Shown here: positions 38,081-47,424 of the stretch, piece by piece
Numbering within the stretch: the stretch's first letter is position 1
Layout of the letters: every line of letters begins with the position of its first letter
From: an uncultured Candidatus Bathyarchaeia archaeon
GTDB taxonomy: Archaea > Thermoproteota > Bathyarchaeia > TCS64
Direction of reading: 5' to 3'
Assembly: GCA_964587735.1 (NCBI GenBank)
Contig: CAZPMB010000002.1
Span: 1,736 to 65,735, forward strand
DNA length: 64,000 bases
Program-made: the position numbers and the translations under genes
The notes under the pieces: model-generated
What the model saw: only the letters and a program-made list of their open reading frames with translations
The model's database searches: none
Told to the model about the DNA's origin: nothing

Positions 38081-38967
38081 GCCTGGATTACCTACTTTAT
38101 CCAGGGTGCGTCGCCTCAGTGAGGGAACTCGGCTACGAGATCTCCATGAGGAGGGTCTTTGAAGCCCTAGATATAGGGTTGAAAAAATCCAACGATTTCA
38201 ACTGCTGCATGCCGGCCTGCCTCGTCCACAGCTTCGATTACAAGAGGGGGCTCGCCCTCACGTCGAGGAACCTATGCATCGCGGGCGAGTTCGATATGCC
38301 ACTGCTGACCCTCTGCTCGAGCTGCTTCGGCAACCTCTCGAGGGCCAAATACCTACTCGACACAAACGATGACCTAAGGAGGGACGTTAACGACATTCTC
38401 GGCGAGGTTGGAAGAGAGTATAAGAGCGGCGTGAGGGTGGAACAGGTCATAACGGCGCTCTATAAAGATTATACAGTTAAGAAGCTCAAGAGAATGATCG
38501 GGTCTCCCCTTAAAAAGGTGAAGGCTGCACCCTTCTACGGCTGCCATATATTCCTCCCGGGCCGTTACACCAAGTTCGATGACTCCGAGTTTCCAAAGAA
38601 CCTCGATAGTCTGATAAGAGTCACAGGTGCGGAAAGCGTGGACTACCATGAGAAGACCAGCTGCTGCATAGGTTGTGGCTCTTTCTTTGGGGAGTTATCC
38701 GAGAAGGCATCAGTCATACTCGCCGAGACAATACTCGAAAGCGCAAGCAAAGTGAGTGCTGACTGCATCATAACCACGTGCCCCTTCTGCATCATGCAGC
38801 TGGAGATGGGCCAGATCCGCCTAAAGACTGAGAAGGGGGTAGATTACAGGATGCCGGTGATGCATTACGTAGATCTCCTCGGCCTCTCTATGGGGTTGAG
38901 TGCAAAGGAACTCGGTTTGGACATTCGAAGATCGGACATGAACCCCTTTCTGTCTAAAATTAACTGA
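38077..38967 (+). CDS. HdrB-like protein with degenerate CCG motifs (HdrB2-like variant)
   Basis: HdrB fold and length, but the two CCG signatures read FNCCMPAC and TSCCIGCG instead of CCG. YPGC...CSSC and FYGC...CPFC framework retained. Confidence 0.75.
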   Translation: MSLDYLLYPGCVASVRELGYEISMRRVFEALDIGLKKSNDFNCCMPACLVHSFDYKRGLALTSRNLCIAGEFDMPLLTLCSSCFGNLSRAKYLLDTNDDLRRDVNDILGEVGREYKSGVRVEQVITALYKDYTVKKLKRMIGSPLKKVKAAPFYGCHIFLPGRYTKFDDSEFPKNLDSLIRVTGAESVDYHEKTSCCIGCGSFFGELSEKASVILAETILESASKVSADCIITTCPFCIMQLEMGQIRLKTEKGVDYRMPVMHYVDLLGLSMGLSAKELGLDIRRSDMNPFLSKIN

Positions 38968-39114
38968 ACGTAACCCATTTTTCACCTTTAATAATGTAGT
39001 TTGTACTTGTCAACTGAAAATCGTCTAGGTTGATTGAGGGCTTGGTAACTTCAGACTCGGTTTGAAGTAAAAATGATTGGCTTGATTGTCACCATTCAGG
39101 TCCTGCGACCGATG

Positions 39115-40326
39115 TCAGTTTTCGCTGTGGTTTTTAAAGTAGGACTTCGCCAGCTTTAACTTCTCTGGATCGGCAAGCAGTTCAACCAAGGTCATGGCGA
39201 GGGCCTTGGTGCCGGTGATCATGGCCTCTAGCCCCTCGGTGGTCACGGATGCGTCTGCCATCTGCCTGCTATGCCCTGGGGTCTCTGGATCAGCGATCTT
39301 GATGTATGAGCTGGCCGCTGGAATCCTCTGAGAGACGTCCCCGAAGTCGGTGGAGGCCATCGGCATGCCGTTGATGCTCTCCCTCCATGGCTTCATCTCG
39401 ACTCCTTGTGCCGCATAGTTGTTCCACAGAACTTCCACCAGCGGCTCGTTGATCTTCTTCCCGCTGTATAACTTCCTCTTTGTCACCTTCACCTTCGCCC
39501 CCATCGCCAGTGCGGCGCCCTTGGCGCATCGAGCAACCTTCTCCACCATCTCCTTGAGGTACTCATCGTCACTGCTCCTTACGCCGAAGTCGCAGACGGC
39601 CCTGTCCGGGATGACGTTGGAAGCGAGGCCTCCCTCCGAGATGATCCCGTGGATAACCAGGTTCGCGTCCCTTCGCGCCTCCTGCCTGAGCATGTGGGTC
39701 GCCATGTATGCGAGGGTCGCCGCATTCAGGGCGTTGATCCCCGCCTGCGGCGAGGCGGCGGCGTGGGATGTCTGGCCCTTGAACTCCATCTTCACCGTCC
39801 AGATGCCGAGGGACCTCTCGCCGACGCCGTAGATGGTCGACGGGTGGAGCATGATGGCTGCGTCGATGTCGTCCCAGAACCCCTTTTCTGCCATGACCAC
39901 TTTGCTCCCGCTGCTCGGTCCGTGCCCCTCCTCGGCGGGAGTCCCAACTACGAGAACCTCACCATCGAGCTCGCCCATCACCTTGCTCGCGGCTATCCCT
40001 GCGCCAATAGCTGATGCGGCTATGAGGTTGTGGCCACAGCCGTGACCTACACCAGGGAGGGCGTCGTACTCGGCTATGACGACGACCCTATGGCCGTCGC
40101 CTTTCCCTTGGAACGTTGCACAGAACGCCGTGGGCATCCCCAAGATTCCCCGCTCGACTTCGAACCCATGCTCCTCAAGCTCGCCTGTAAGAAGCTCGGC
40201 TGCCCTGAACTCCTCGCTGCCAAGCTCGGGGTTCTCGTAAAGCCAGCGGCTTATCTCAAACAGACGCTTCTTCTGCCCCTCTACAGCCTTGACTGTTTTT
40301 GACTTCAGATCTACTATTCGGGTCAA
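39115..40326 (-). CDS. M20D family amidohydrolase (AbgB / hippurate hydrolase-like)
   Basis: VGHGCGHNL motif and 403-aa M20D architecture. Confidence 0.75.
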   Translation of the reverse strand: MTRIVDLKSKTVKAVEGQKKRLFEISRWLYENPELGSEEFRAAELLTGELEEHGFEVERGILGMPTAFCATFQGKGDGHRVVVIAEYDALPGVGHGCGHNLIAASAIGAGIAASKVMGELDGEVLVVGTPAEEGHGPSSGSKVVMAEKGFWDDIDAAIMLHPSTIYGVGERSLGIWTVKMEFKGQTSHAAASPQAGINALNAATLAYMATHMLRQEARRDANLVIHGIISEGGLASNVIPDRAVCDFGVRSSDDEYLKEMVEKVARCAKGAALAMGAKVKVTKRKLYSGKKINEPLVEVLWNNYAAQGVEMKPWRESINGMPMASTDFGDVSQRIPAASSYIKIADPETPGHSRQMADASVTTEGLEAMITGTKALAMTLVELLADPEKLKLAKSYFKNHSEN

Positions 40327-40486
40327 TCCCGATCCTCAGAACATCTGATCAAATCTGTTGATATTGTTTACTAATAAGCCCACATCCTAAAACACATTTG
40401 GCTTGAAACATGGGGCGACATGCTCCACATGAAGACATTGATTTTATGTAAGTACCTTCATACATGGTGCAAGGAGAAGATCTAAG

Positions 40487-41743
40487 TTGACGTATTATTT
40501 GGAGAAGCGGCCGGAAGATTCGGCCACCAAGGTTTTGATAGCCTCCATGGTCATCGATGGAACCGGTACGGATCCCATTAGAGACGGAGTCGTCGTGGTG
40601 GAGGGTGACAGGATCACCGAAGTTGGACCCCGGAAAAGGGTATCAATCCCTTCAGGGGCCTCGAGGATAGAGCTCGGCGCAAGGACGCTGATGCCCGGGA
40701 TGATCGACGCCCACACCCACATCACCGGAACTCGGAGCTACAGCGCATCAGAGGATCTTATCACGCCCCACGACCTCCAGGTCCTGAGGGCGGCGGAGGA
40801 CTGCTTCAAGCTGCTCCGGGCCGGGTTCACAACGGTCAGGGACTGCGGCAGCGAGATAGCCCTCTCCCTCAAGCGGGGCATAAACGCTGAGGTCATACCG
40901 GGTCCCAGGATATACGCCGCCGGAAGACCCCTTTCCCAGACGGCCGGCCACGGTGACACACACTTCATGCCGAGGGAGGAGGTCATCAAGAGGGGGACCC
41001 TTCTGTGCGATGGCCCCGACGACTGCAGGAGGGCGGCAAGGGAAGCCCTCAGGGATGGATCGGATCTGATAAAGGTCTCGACCACCGGCGGAGTGGGGTC
41101 GGAGAAGGACAACCCCTGGGAGCCCCAGTTCACCGTGGATGAGATAGAGGCCATAACATACGAGGCCCACAACGTCGGCAAGCTGGTAGCATCCCACGCT
41201 CAGGGTGCCCAGGGGGTGAAGAACGCCATCGTCGGCGGGGTCGACACGATAGAGCACGGCTTTTTCCTAGACGACGAGTGCGTCGAAATGATGCTCAAAC
41301 ACGGCACATACTATGTGCCAACATTTGCGCTGGTCGAGGTCTACAAGAAGGCCTTAGAGAATCCATACGACATGCCAGATTACAGGCTGAGGAAGCAGAG
41401 GATGTGCATAGAGGCGATGCCGAAGAGCCTGATGAAGGCATACGAGGCCGGTGTGAAGATCGCAACAGGGCCTGATTACTTTGGGGCGCCGCTGAGGGCT
41501 CACGGCGACAACGCCGATGAGCTGATAGCGTTGGTGAAGTACGGAATGAAGCAAAATGATGTCATCGTCGCCGCCACGAAGAACGGCGCGGAGTGCATAG
41601 GCATCGAGGGCGAGCTTGGGACACTCGAAGAGGGTAAATTGGCGGACATGATTGCTCTTGACGGTAATCCATTGGAGGACATCGAAGCCGTGAAAAGGGT
41701 ATCCTACGTGATGAAGACTGGTAAAACCTTCCTCCACAAATAG
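40487..41743 (+). CDS. Metal-dependent amidohydrolase (COG1228-like, imidazolonepropionase/prolidase-related)
   Basis: GMIDAHTHI metal-binding motif and TIEHG downstream. TTG start with upstream AAGGAGAAG. Confidence 0.7.
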   Translation: MTYYLEKRPEDSATKVLIASMVIDGTGTDPIRDGVVVVEGDRITEVGPRKRVSIPSGASRIELGARTLMPGMIDAHTHITGTRSYSASEDLITPHDLQVLRAAEDCFKLLRAGFTTVRDCGSEIALSLKRGINAEVIPGPRIYAAGRPLSQTAGHGDTHFMPREEVIKRGTLLCDGPDDCRRAAREALRDGSDLIKVSTTGGVGSEKDNPWEPQFTVDEIEAITYEAHNVGKLVASHAQGAQGVKNAIVGGVDTIEHGFFLDDECVEMMLKHGTYYVPTFALVEVYKKALENPYDMPDYRLRKQRMCIEAMPKSLMKAYEAGVKIATGPDYFGAPLRAHGDNADELIALVKYGMKQNDVIVAATKNGAECIGIEGELGTLEEGKLADMIALDGNPLEDIEAVKRVSYVMKTGKTFLHK

Positions 41744-41983
41744 ATTTTTTAAACCTTTACATCTTGCACAACCTATTCAAGAGATTAATGAGTAACCACT
41801 TCGCAATTGGTTCGTTCGCTTAATTTTATCAATTGCAAAAAAGTCCAACCAATAAATTAATGGGCTTGGCGTGATGAAAAATTCATGCTAACAACTTAAG
41901 GTAAAGGCTTTTTCCATTTTTTATTAACAAAAACTTATATGAGCAACCCCTCGGGGTTAAATCTGATACAAAGGAGAGCCAAG

Positions 41984-44635
41984 ATGGTTAAACGGGTTTA
42001 CGACTTCGAGGAGGGGAACAAGGACATGACGGCCCTCCTTGGAGGAAAGGGGGCGAACCTGGCCGAGATGACCAACCTGGGCCTGAGGGTGCCCCCTGGA
42101 TTCATTATAACGACGAAGACTTGCAACGACTTCTTCGAGGCGAGCGGGGAGTTCCCCATGGGCCTCTGGGAGGAGGTACTCGAACATGTCAGGGGCCTTG
42201 AGAAGAAGACTAAGAAGGTATTCGGCAAACCTTCAAACCCACTACTCATCTCCGTTAGGAGTGGAGCACCCGTCTCCATGCCCGGCATGATGGACACCGT
42301 CCTGAACCTGGGGATAAACGACGAAGTGGCCAAGGGCCTAATCGAGCTGACGGCGGATGAGCGGTTCGTCTACGACGCCTATAGAAGGTTCATCACGATG
42401 TTCAGCGATGTGGTTATGTACGTGGATCGGCTCAAGTTCGACGCGATCTTTGAGGACGAAAAGAGGAAGGAGGACGTCAAATCAGACACTGAGCTTAGCG
42501 CTAAGGGCCTAAAGAAAGTTGTTGAGGGGCAGAAAAGGCTCTTCAAGAAGATCATCGGCAGAGATTTCCCAGCCGATCCATACGAGCAACTCAGGCTTGC
42601 CATAGCCGCGGTCTTCAACTCGTGGAACACGGAGAGAGCCAAGACCTACAGGCGCATCGAGCGTATCCCAGACGACATGGGCACGGCCTGTAACATCCAG
42701 ACGATGGTCTACGGCAACATGGGGTGGGATTCGGGCAGCGGCGTCCTTTTCACCAGAAACCCATCGAACGGCGAGAAGGGCATCTACGGCGAGCTCCTCT
42801 TCAACGCTCAGGGAGAGGACGTCGTGGCTGGCCTGCGCACACCGATCTCGGTCGAGGACCTTAAGACTGAGAGACCGACCCTGTACAATGAGCTTGTCGA
42901 CGTTGTAGAGAAGCTTGAGCGCCACTACGGGGAGATGCAGGACATAGAGTTCACCATAGAGAAGGGCACACTGTATATCCTCCAGACCAGGAGCGGCAAG
43001 AGGACGGCGAGGGCGGCGATAAAGATAGCCGTAGACATGGTGAAGGAGGGCCTAATCGACGAGAAGGAGGCCATCCTGAGAGTAGAGCCACAGCAGATCG
43101 AGCTGCTACTCCACAAGACCATCGACCCAAACGCCAAGAAGAAGGTGCTGGCAACGGGCTTACCGGCCTCCCCCGGAGCGGCGACGGGCCAGGTTGTCTT
43201 CGTGCCCAAGGAGGCCGAGAAGTGGAAGGAAGCGGGCAAGAAGGTCGTCCTCGTCAGGCCCGAGACGACGCCGGAGGACATAGGCGGGATGGTGGCCGCC
43301 CAGGGCGTGCTGACTAGCCGCGGCGGGATGACAAGCCACGCTGCCATCGTCGCAAGGGGCATCGGCAAACCCGCGGTCGTCGGCTGCGAGGCGCTCCACA
43401 TCGATCTCGAAAAGGAGGAATTCTCCGTCGGCGAGGTCCTTGTGAAGAAGGGAGATGTTATCACCATCGATGGCCTGACCGGACACGTGATTTTGGGCGA
43501 GGTCCCCCTCGTCGAGCCCAAGATGGTGGGCGAGGTCGAGGAGCTGCTGGCTTGGGCCGATAAGCACAGGAGGCTCGGCGTCTGGGCCAACGCGAATGAC
43601 GAGGCCGACTCGAGGAAGGCCTGGGAAAACGGAGCCGAGGGGATTGGCCTTGCGAGGACGGAGAGGATGTTCCTCGGCGTTGAGAGGGTTGCCCTAGTCA
43701 GGGAGATGATAATGGCGGAGAATCAGGAGCAGAGGAGAGCGGCCCTCGAGAAGCTGCTCCCGATGCAGAAGGGGGACTTCGAGGGGGTCCTCAGGGAGAT
43801 GAACGGGAAGCCCGTCCAGATTAGGCTGTTGGACCCACCGCTCCACGAGTTCATGCCGAAGGAAACCGAGGTCCTGACACGCATATACGAGATGGAGAAG
43901 TCCGGGGCTTCCGAGAGAGAGCTCGAGGAGCATCGCATAATCCTCTCCAAGGTGCGCAGGATCCAGGAGGCGAACCCGATGATCGGCCTCAGGGCCTGTC
44001 GCGTCGGCGTGCTGTACCCGGAGATATACGAGATACAAGCGAGGGCGATATTCGAGGCCGCATCTGAACTCAGGATGAAGGGCTATGACCCGCGTCCTGA
44101 GATAATGATCCCAGGGAGCATCACATACCGGGAGCTGACCTACATCAAGCCCCTCGTCGAGAAGGCGAACAAGGACGCGGAGGCGAAGTACGGCTTCAAG
44201 ACCCACTACAAGTACGGGACAATGATCGAGATGCCGAGGGCGGCTCTTACCGGAGACGAGATCGCTAGGGTTTGCGACTTCTTCAGCTTCGGCACCAATG
44301 ACCTCACCCAGACGGGGCTGGGGCTGAGCCGCGACGACGCCCAGGGGACTTTCCTGCCGGTGTACATAGACAAGAAGATCCTGGACGAGGACCCGTTCCA
44401 GATCCTGGACGTGAAGGGCGTAGGCCAGCTGGTGGAGATCTGCGTCGAGAAGGGGAGGAAGGCCAACCCGAAGCTGAAGATAGGGATCTGCGGCGAGCAC
44501 GGCGGCGAGCCCAACAGCATCTACTTCTTCCACAAGGCAGGCCTAGACTACGTCAGCTGCAGCCCCTTCAGGATACCCATCGCCAGGCTGGCGGCCGCCC
44601 GCATAGCGATCCTGGACGAGAGGGGAGAGGCTTGA
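41984..44635 (+). CDS. ppdK: Pyruvate, phosphate dikinase
   Basis: MVKRVYDFEEGNKDM...LGGKGANLAEM N-terminus, GGMTSHAAIVARG phosphohistidine region, PEP-utilising C-terminal domain (CGEHGGEP). AAAGGAGAG Shine-Dalgarno-like sequence before the ATG at 41984. The track ORF starts upstream at 41939. Confidence 0.9.
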   Translation: MVKRVYDFEEGNKDMTALLGGKGANLAEMTNLGLRVPPGFIITTKTCNDFFEASGEFPMGLWEEVLEHVRGLEKKTKKVFGKPSNPLLISVRSGAPVSMPGMMDTVLNLGINDEVAKGLIELTADERFVYDAYRRFITMFSDVVMYVDRLKFDAIFEDEKRKEDVKSDTELSAKGLKKVVEGQKRLFKKIIGRDFPADPYEQLRLAIAAVFNSWNTERAKTYRRIERIPDDMGTACNIQTMVYGNMGWDSGSGVLFTRNPSNGEKGIYGELLFNAQGEDVVAGLRTPISVEDLKTERPTLYNELVDVVEKLERHYGEMQDIEFTIEKGTLYILQTRSGKRTARAAIKIAVDMVKEGLIDEKEAILRVEPQQIELLLHKTIDPNAKKKVLATGLPASPGAATGQVVFVPKEAEKWKEAGKKVVLVRPETTPEDIGGMVAAQGVLTSRGGMTSHAAIVARGIGKPAVVGCEALHIDLEKEEFSVGEVLVKKGDVITIDGLTGHVILGEVPLVEPKMVGEVEELLAWADKHRRLGVWANANDEADSRKAWENGAEGIGLARTERMFLGVERVALVREMIMAENQEQRRAALEKLLPMQKGDFEGVLREMNGKPVQIRLLDPPLHEFMPKETEVLTRIYEMEKSGASERELEEHRIILSKVRRIQEANPMIGLRACRVGVLYPEIYEIQARAIFEAASELRMKGYDPRPEIMIPGSITYRELTYIKPLVEKANKDAEAKYGFKTHYKYGTMIEMPRAALTGDEIARVCDFFSFGTNDLTQTGLGLSRDDAQGTFLPVYIDKKILDEDPFQILDVKGVGQLVEICVEKGRKANPKLKIGICGEHGGEPNSIYFFHKAGLDYVSCSPFRIPIARLAAARIAILDERGEA

Positions 44636-45003
44636 CCCCATCGCTGGACCACATAGGCATATACGTCAGGGACCTTGAGAGATCCCTCTCCTTCTACCGC
44701 ACCGTTTTAGGCTTCTCCCAGCGTCGGAGGTTCAGCATGGGAGCTTCGAAGATAGCGGTCCTCGATGTCGGCGGGGGGCTTCTGGAGATCATACAGCGCC
44801 CCGAAGCACCAGCCGAGGCCCCGAAAGGCAGGTGGAGCCACACCGCATTTCACATCGACGACTACGGCGATCTGGAGTCCAAGCTGGAGAGTATGGATAT
44901 CGAACTGCGGAAGGTGACTCTGGACAACGGCCTTCGCATAGCCTTCTTTAAAGATCCCGATGGCCATGAAATCGAGATGATGGAAGGGGGTTTGGGTCAG
45001 TAG
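44632..45003 (+). CDS. VOC (glyoxalase I/bleomycin-resistance) family protein
   Basis: LDHIGIYVRDLERSLSFYRTVLGF and HTAFHIDD metal-site motifs. 123 aa. Confidence 0.65.
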   Translation: MTPSLDHIGIYVRDLERSLSFYRTVLGFSQRRRFSMGASKIAVLDVGGGLLEIIQRPEAPAEAPKGRWSHTAFHIDDYGDLESKLESMDIELRKVTLDNGLRIAFFKDPDGHEIEMMEGGLGQ

Positions 45004-45812
45004 ACGATTTCGAGGGGTATCCCCCGTCGGCCGCACTCATCAATCAACTTCTTCTTCAGCGTCCTGTAATACCCTGAGCCATCTATTAGGGCGGACTCGA
45101 AGACCGGCTGTAAATCTTGGTAGTACGTAGAGAGGATACGTCGGATGGGTTCCATGTTCCCGCATTTTATGTTGAGCTTGTCGACGATTATCCGGTTCAC
45201 ACATCCTGCTAGCTCGTCTAGGAGTACCTCCAGCCCCTCATCCGATAGATAGGGGAGCATCGGGCCTAGGAACACGTAGGTAGCGATGCCTGAGTCGCTC
45301 AGCTTCCTCAAAGCGGCCAGCCTTGCCTCGACTGGAGAGGCGCCAGGCTCGAAGAACCGGCGGACAGAGTCATCCTTAGACGTGATGGTCAATCCGACTT
45401 CGCACGAGTCAAACCTCTGAAGTAGATCAATGTCGCGGAGAACGAGGTCCGACTTGGTGAGGATCGATATGGGGAACTTGTGCTCAAGGAGTATCCTGAG
45501 GGAACCCCTCGTAAGCTCGAACCTCCTCTCAAGGGGCTGGTATGGGTCGGTGACGCTCGAAAGTAGGACGATCCCCTTCCTCCTCCGGGGGGCCTCCAGC
45601 CTCAGCCTCTCAAGGGCGTTCACCTTGACGTCGACGAAGGAGCCCCAACGCTCGCCGACGTGCCCCATCCTCGACATGAACCTAGCGTAGCAGTAGACGC
45701 ACCCATGCTCGCACCCCAGGTAGGGATTAATTGCGTAGTCGACGCTGCTGATGCCGCTCCGGCCCATAATCGTCTTGCAGCTCCTCTCCCCTACCCTGAG
45801 CAATCCTCTCAC
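44997..45812 (-). CDS. Radical SAM protein of the SplB / DNA-repair-photolyase-like family (COG1533)
   Basis: GCEHGCVYCYARF (Cx3CxYC variant of the radical SAM motif). 271 aa. Confidence 0.6.
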   Translation of the reverse strand: MRGLLRVGERSCKTIMGRSGISSVDYAINPYLGCEHGCVYCYARFMSRMGHVGERWGSFVDVKVNALERLRLEAPRRRKGIVLLSSVTDPYQPLERRFELTRGSLRILLEHKFPISILTKSDLVLRDIDLLQRFDSCEVGLTITSKDDSVRRFFEPGASPVEARLAALRKLSDSGIATYVFLGPMLPYLSDEGLEVLLDELAGCVNRIIVDKLNIKCGNMEPIRRILSTYYQDLQPVFESALIDGSGYYRTLKKKLIDECGRRGIPLEIVY

Positions 45813-46024
45813 CGCATGAGACTAACCAAAGGCTGTCAGGTTCAACAGCGAAGGCTGTATTTTACATTTATCGGCGACCAAGTTTTCCCCCAGTCATCCT
45901 TTAATCGACTCCCAAAAAATGCTTTCTTTTTTGACCTTGGCAACGTATAAATAACACGCTATAGAGAAATTGAACCATCGCTTGAGGGCAATGGTTCCCT
46001 GGCATGAGGAAGGGTTGAAGAAAA

Positions 46025-46501
46025 ATGAAGATAGTGGTCGTATACGACAGCCTGAGCGGCAACACTGAGAAGATGGCGAGGGCGATAGCCGAGGGAGCCG
46101 GCTCCGTCGCCGGGACCTCTGTGGATGTCAAGAAGATAGGTGAGCCTTTTCCCCTGTCCATACTGGTGAAGGCTGATGGTGTCGCCTTTGGATCGCCGTG
46201 CGTCTACGCCAACGTGACGGATGGCATGAGGAGCTTCGTAGAGAACATTAAGAATTACATCAAATCCGGGAGGATGGAAGTGAAGGGCAAGCGCGCGGTA
46301 GTCTTCGGCAGCTACGGCTGGGACGGGGCCTGGGTCATGGAGGAGAAGCTGAAGTCGATGGTCAAGGACCTGGGGTACAAGGTCAAGGACGAGGTCTGCG
46401 TCGAGACCGACGCGAGCATAAAGTACCAGGCAGGGAAGTACGTAGAGAAGTGCAAGGCATTCGGCAGAGAGTTTGTAGAGTCCCTTAAAAAGCCGACCTA
46501 A
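46025..46501 (+). CDS. Flavodoxin-like protein
   Basis: MKIVVVYDSLSGNTEKMA flavodoxin FMN-phosphate loop and GSYGW second loop. Confidence 0.7.
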   Translation: MKIVVVYDSLSGNTEKMARAIAEGAGSVAGTSVDVKKIGEPFPLSILVKADGVAFGSPCVYANVTDGMRSFVENIKNYIKSGRMEVKGKRAVVFGSYGWDGAWVMEEKLKSMVKDLGYKVKDEVCVETDASIKYQAGKYVEKCKAFGREFVESLKKPT

Positions 46502-46595
46502 ATTCTAAATTTTATTAAACCCCATTTTTTCATAGGTTCTATAATGTAAAAAATAAATGCCGTTTGGACCTATTGGTTCAGAGAGTATAACAACA

Positions 46596-47309
46596 TTATC
46601 TTCTCTTACCCATGGTCGCGATGTAGACGACGAACTGCTCCTCTCCGTCAATGCCGAGGAGCCCGTTGATCTCCTTGTCGTCATAGGCGCCTATGGCGCA
46701 GACGCCGCTTCCTATGGCCTCCGCAGCTAGGTATAGGTTCTGGCAGACGTGGCCGGCGTCGAGGTGAATGTACCTGTAGCCCCTCTCCCCGTACCGCCAG
46801 CACATCCTGTAGATTACTGCAACCCAGATGAACGTGACGGCGCACGTCTTCACCATGTTCTGCCTCAGACAAGCATCTGCGGCCCTGTCAGCCAAGTCCT
46901 TCTCCAGGCTGACCTCCAAGAGCTTATGCCTTGTGGCAAGGAACCTGTAGAGGCCGGGCTTGACCCCCTCGACCCGGTTCAAGAGCAGGTAGGTCTCGAA
47001 GGCATGACGGGCTCCAGCGGACGGCACTGTCCTCAGGGTTGAGGACCTCCCCGAGATCTCCTTCACCCCCTGGGTACACCATAGCAGCCAAGACAGCTCA
47101 TCCAGGGTTAATGGCTTGGCAGCGTAGTCCCTCACGCTCCTGCGGCTCTCGATCGCCTTTCTCAGGTCATACGTTACAGCTTTAATCGCCGATGGCGCCG
47201 GGAGGTCGATGACTGCCTTCTCCTTATCGTAATCGAGCTCCAGCGGTGGTTGGGGCATGCCCTTGTTCTGGTCTGACTTCTCCATATGCTCGTACCGCGT
47301 CTTCTCCAT
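46596..47309 (-). CDS. SagB-type dehydrogenase / nitroreductase-superfamily protein
   Basis: RRSVRDY...PSAGARH...YRYIHLDAGHVCQNLYLAAEA, typical of the SagB/ThcOx subfamily. Start chosen at MEKTRYEH (47309); an alternative is 47366. The track ORF extends to 47516 and overlaps nrdD. Confidence 0.55.
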   Translation of the reverse strand: MEKTRYEHMEKSDQNKGMPQPPLELDYDKEKAVIDLPAPSAIKAVTYDLRKAIESRRSVRDYAAKPLTLDELSWLLWCTQGVKEISGRSSTLRTVPSAGARHAFETYLLLNRVEGVKPGLYRFLATRHKLLEVSLEKDLADRAADACLRQNMVKTCAVTFIWVAVIYRMCWRYGERGYRYIHLDAGHVCQNLYLAAEAIGSGVCAIGAYDDKEINGLLGIDGEEQFVVYIATMGKRR

Positions 47310-47424
47310 GAACTCCTTTCCAATTCCTCGCGTCAAGTTTTGATCCCCCCTTATAGAGTGAGTCATGCGATATAACCTCAACATGTTTAAAGCACAGATC
47401 CTAACCTCATAACGGAGCGAAGAG

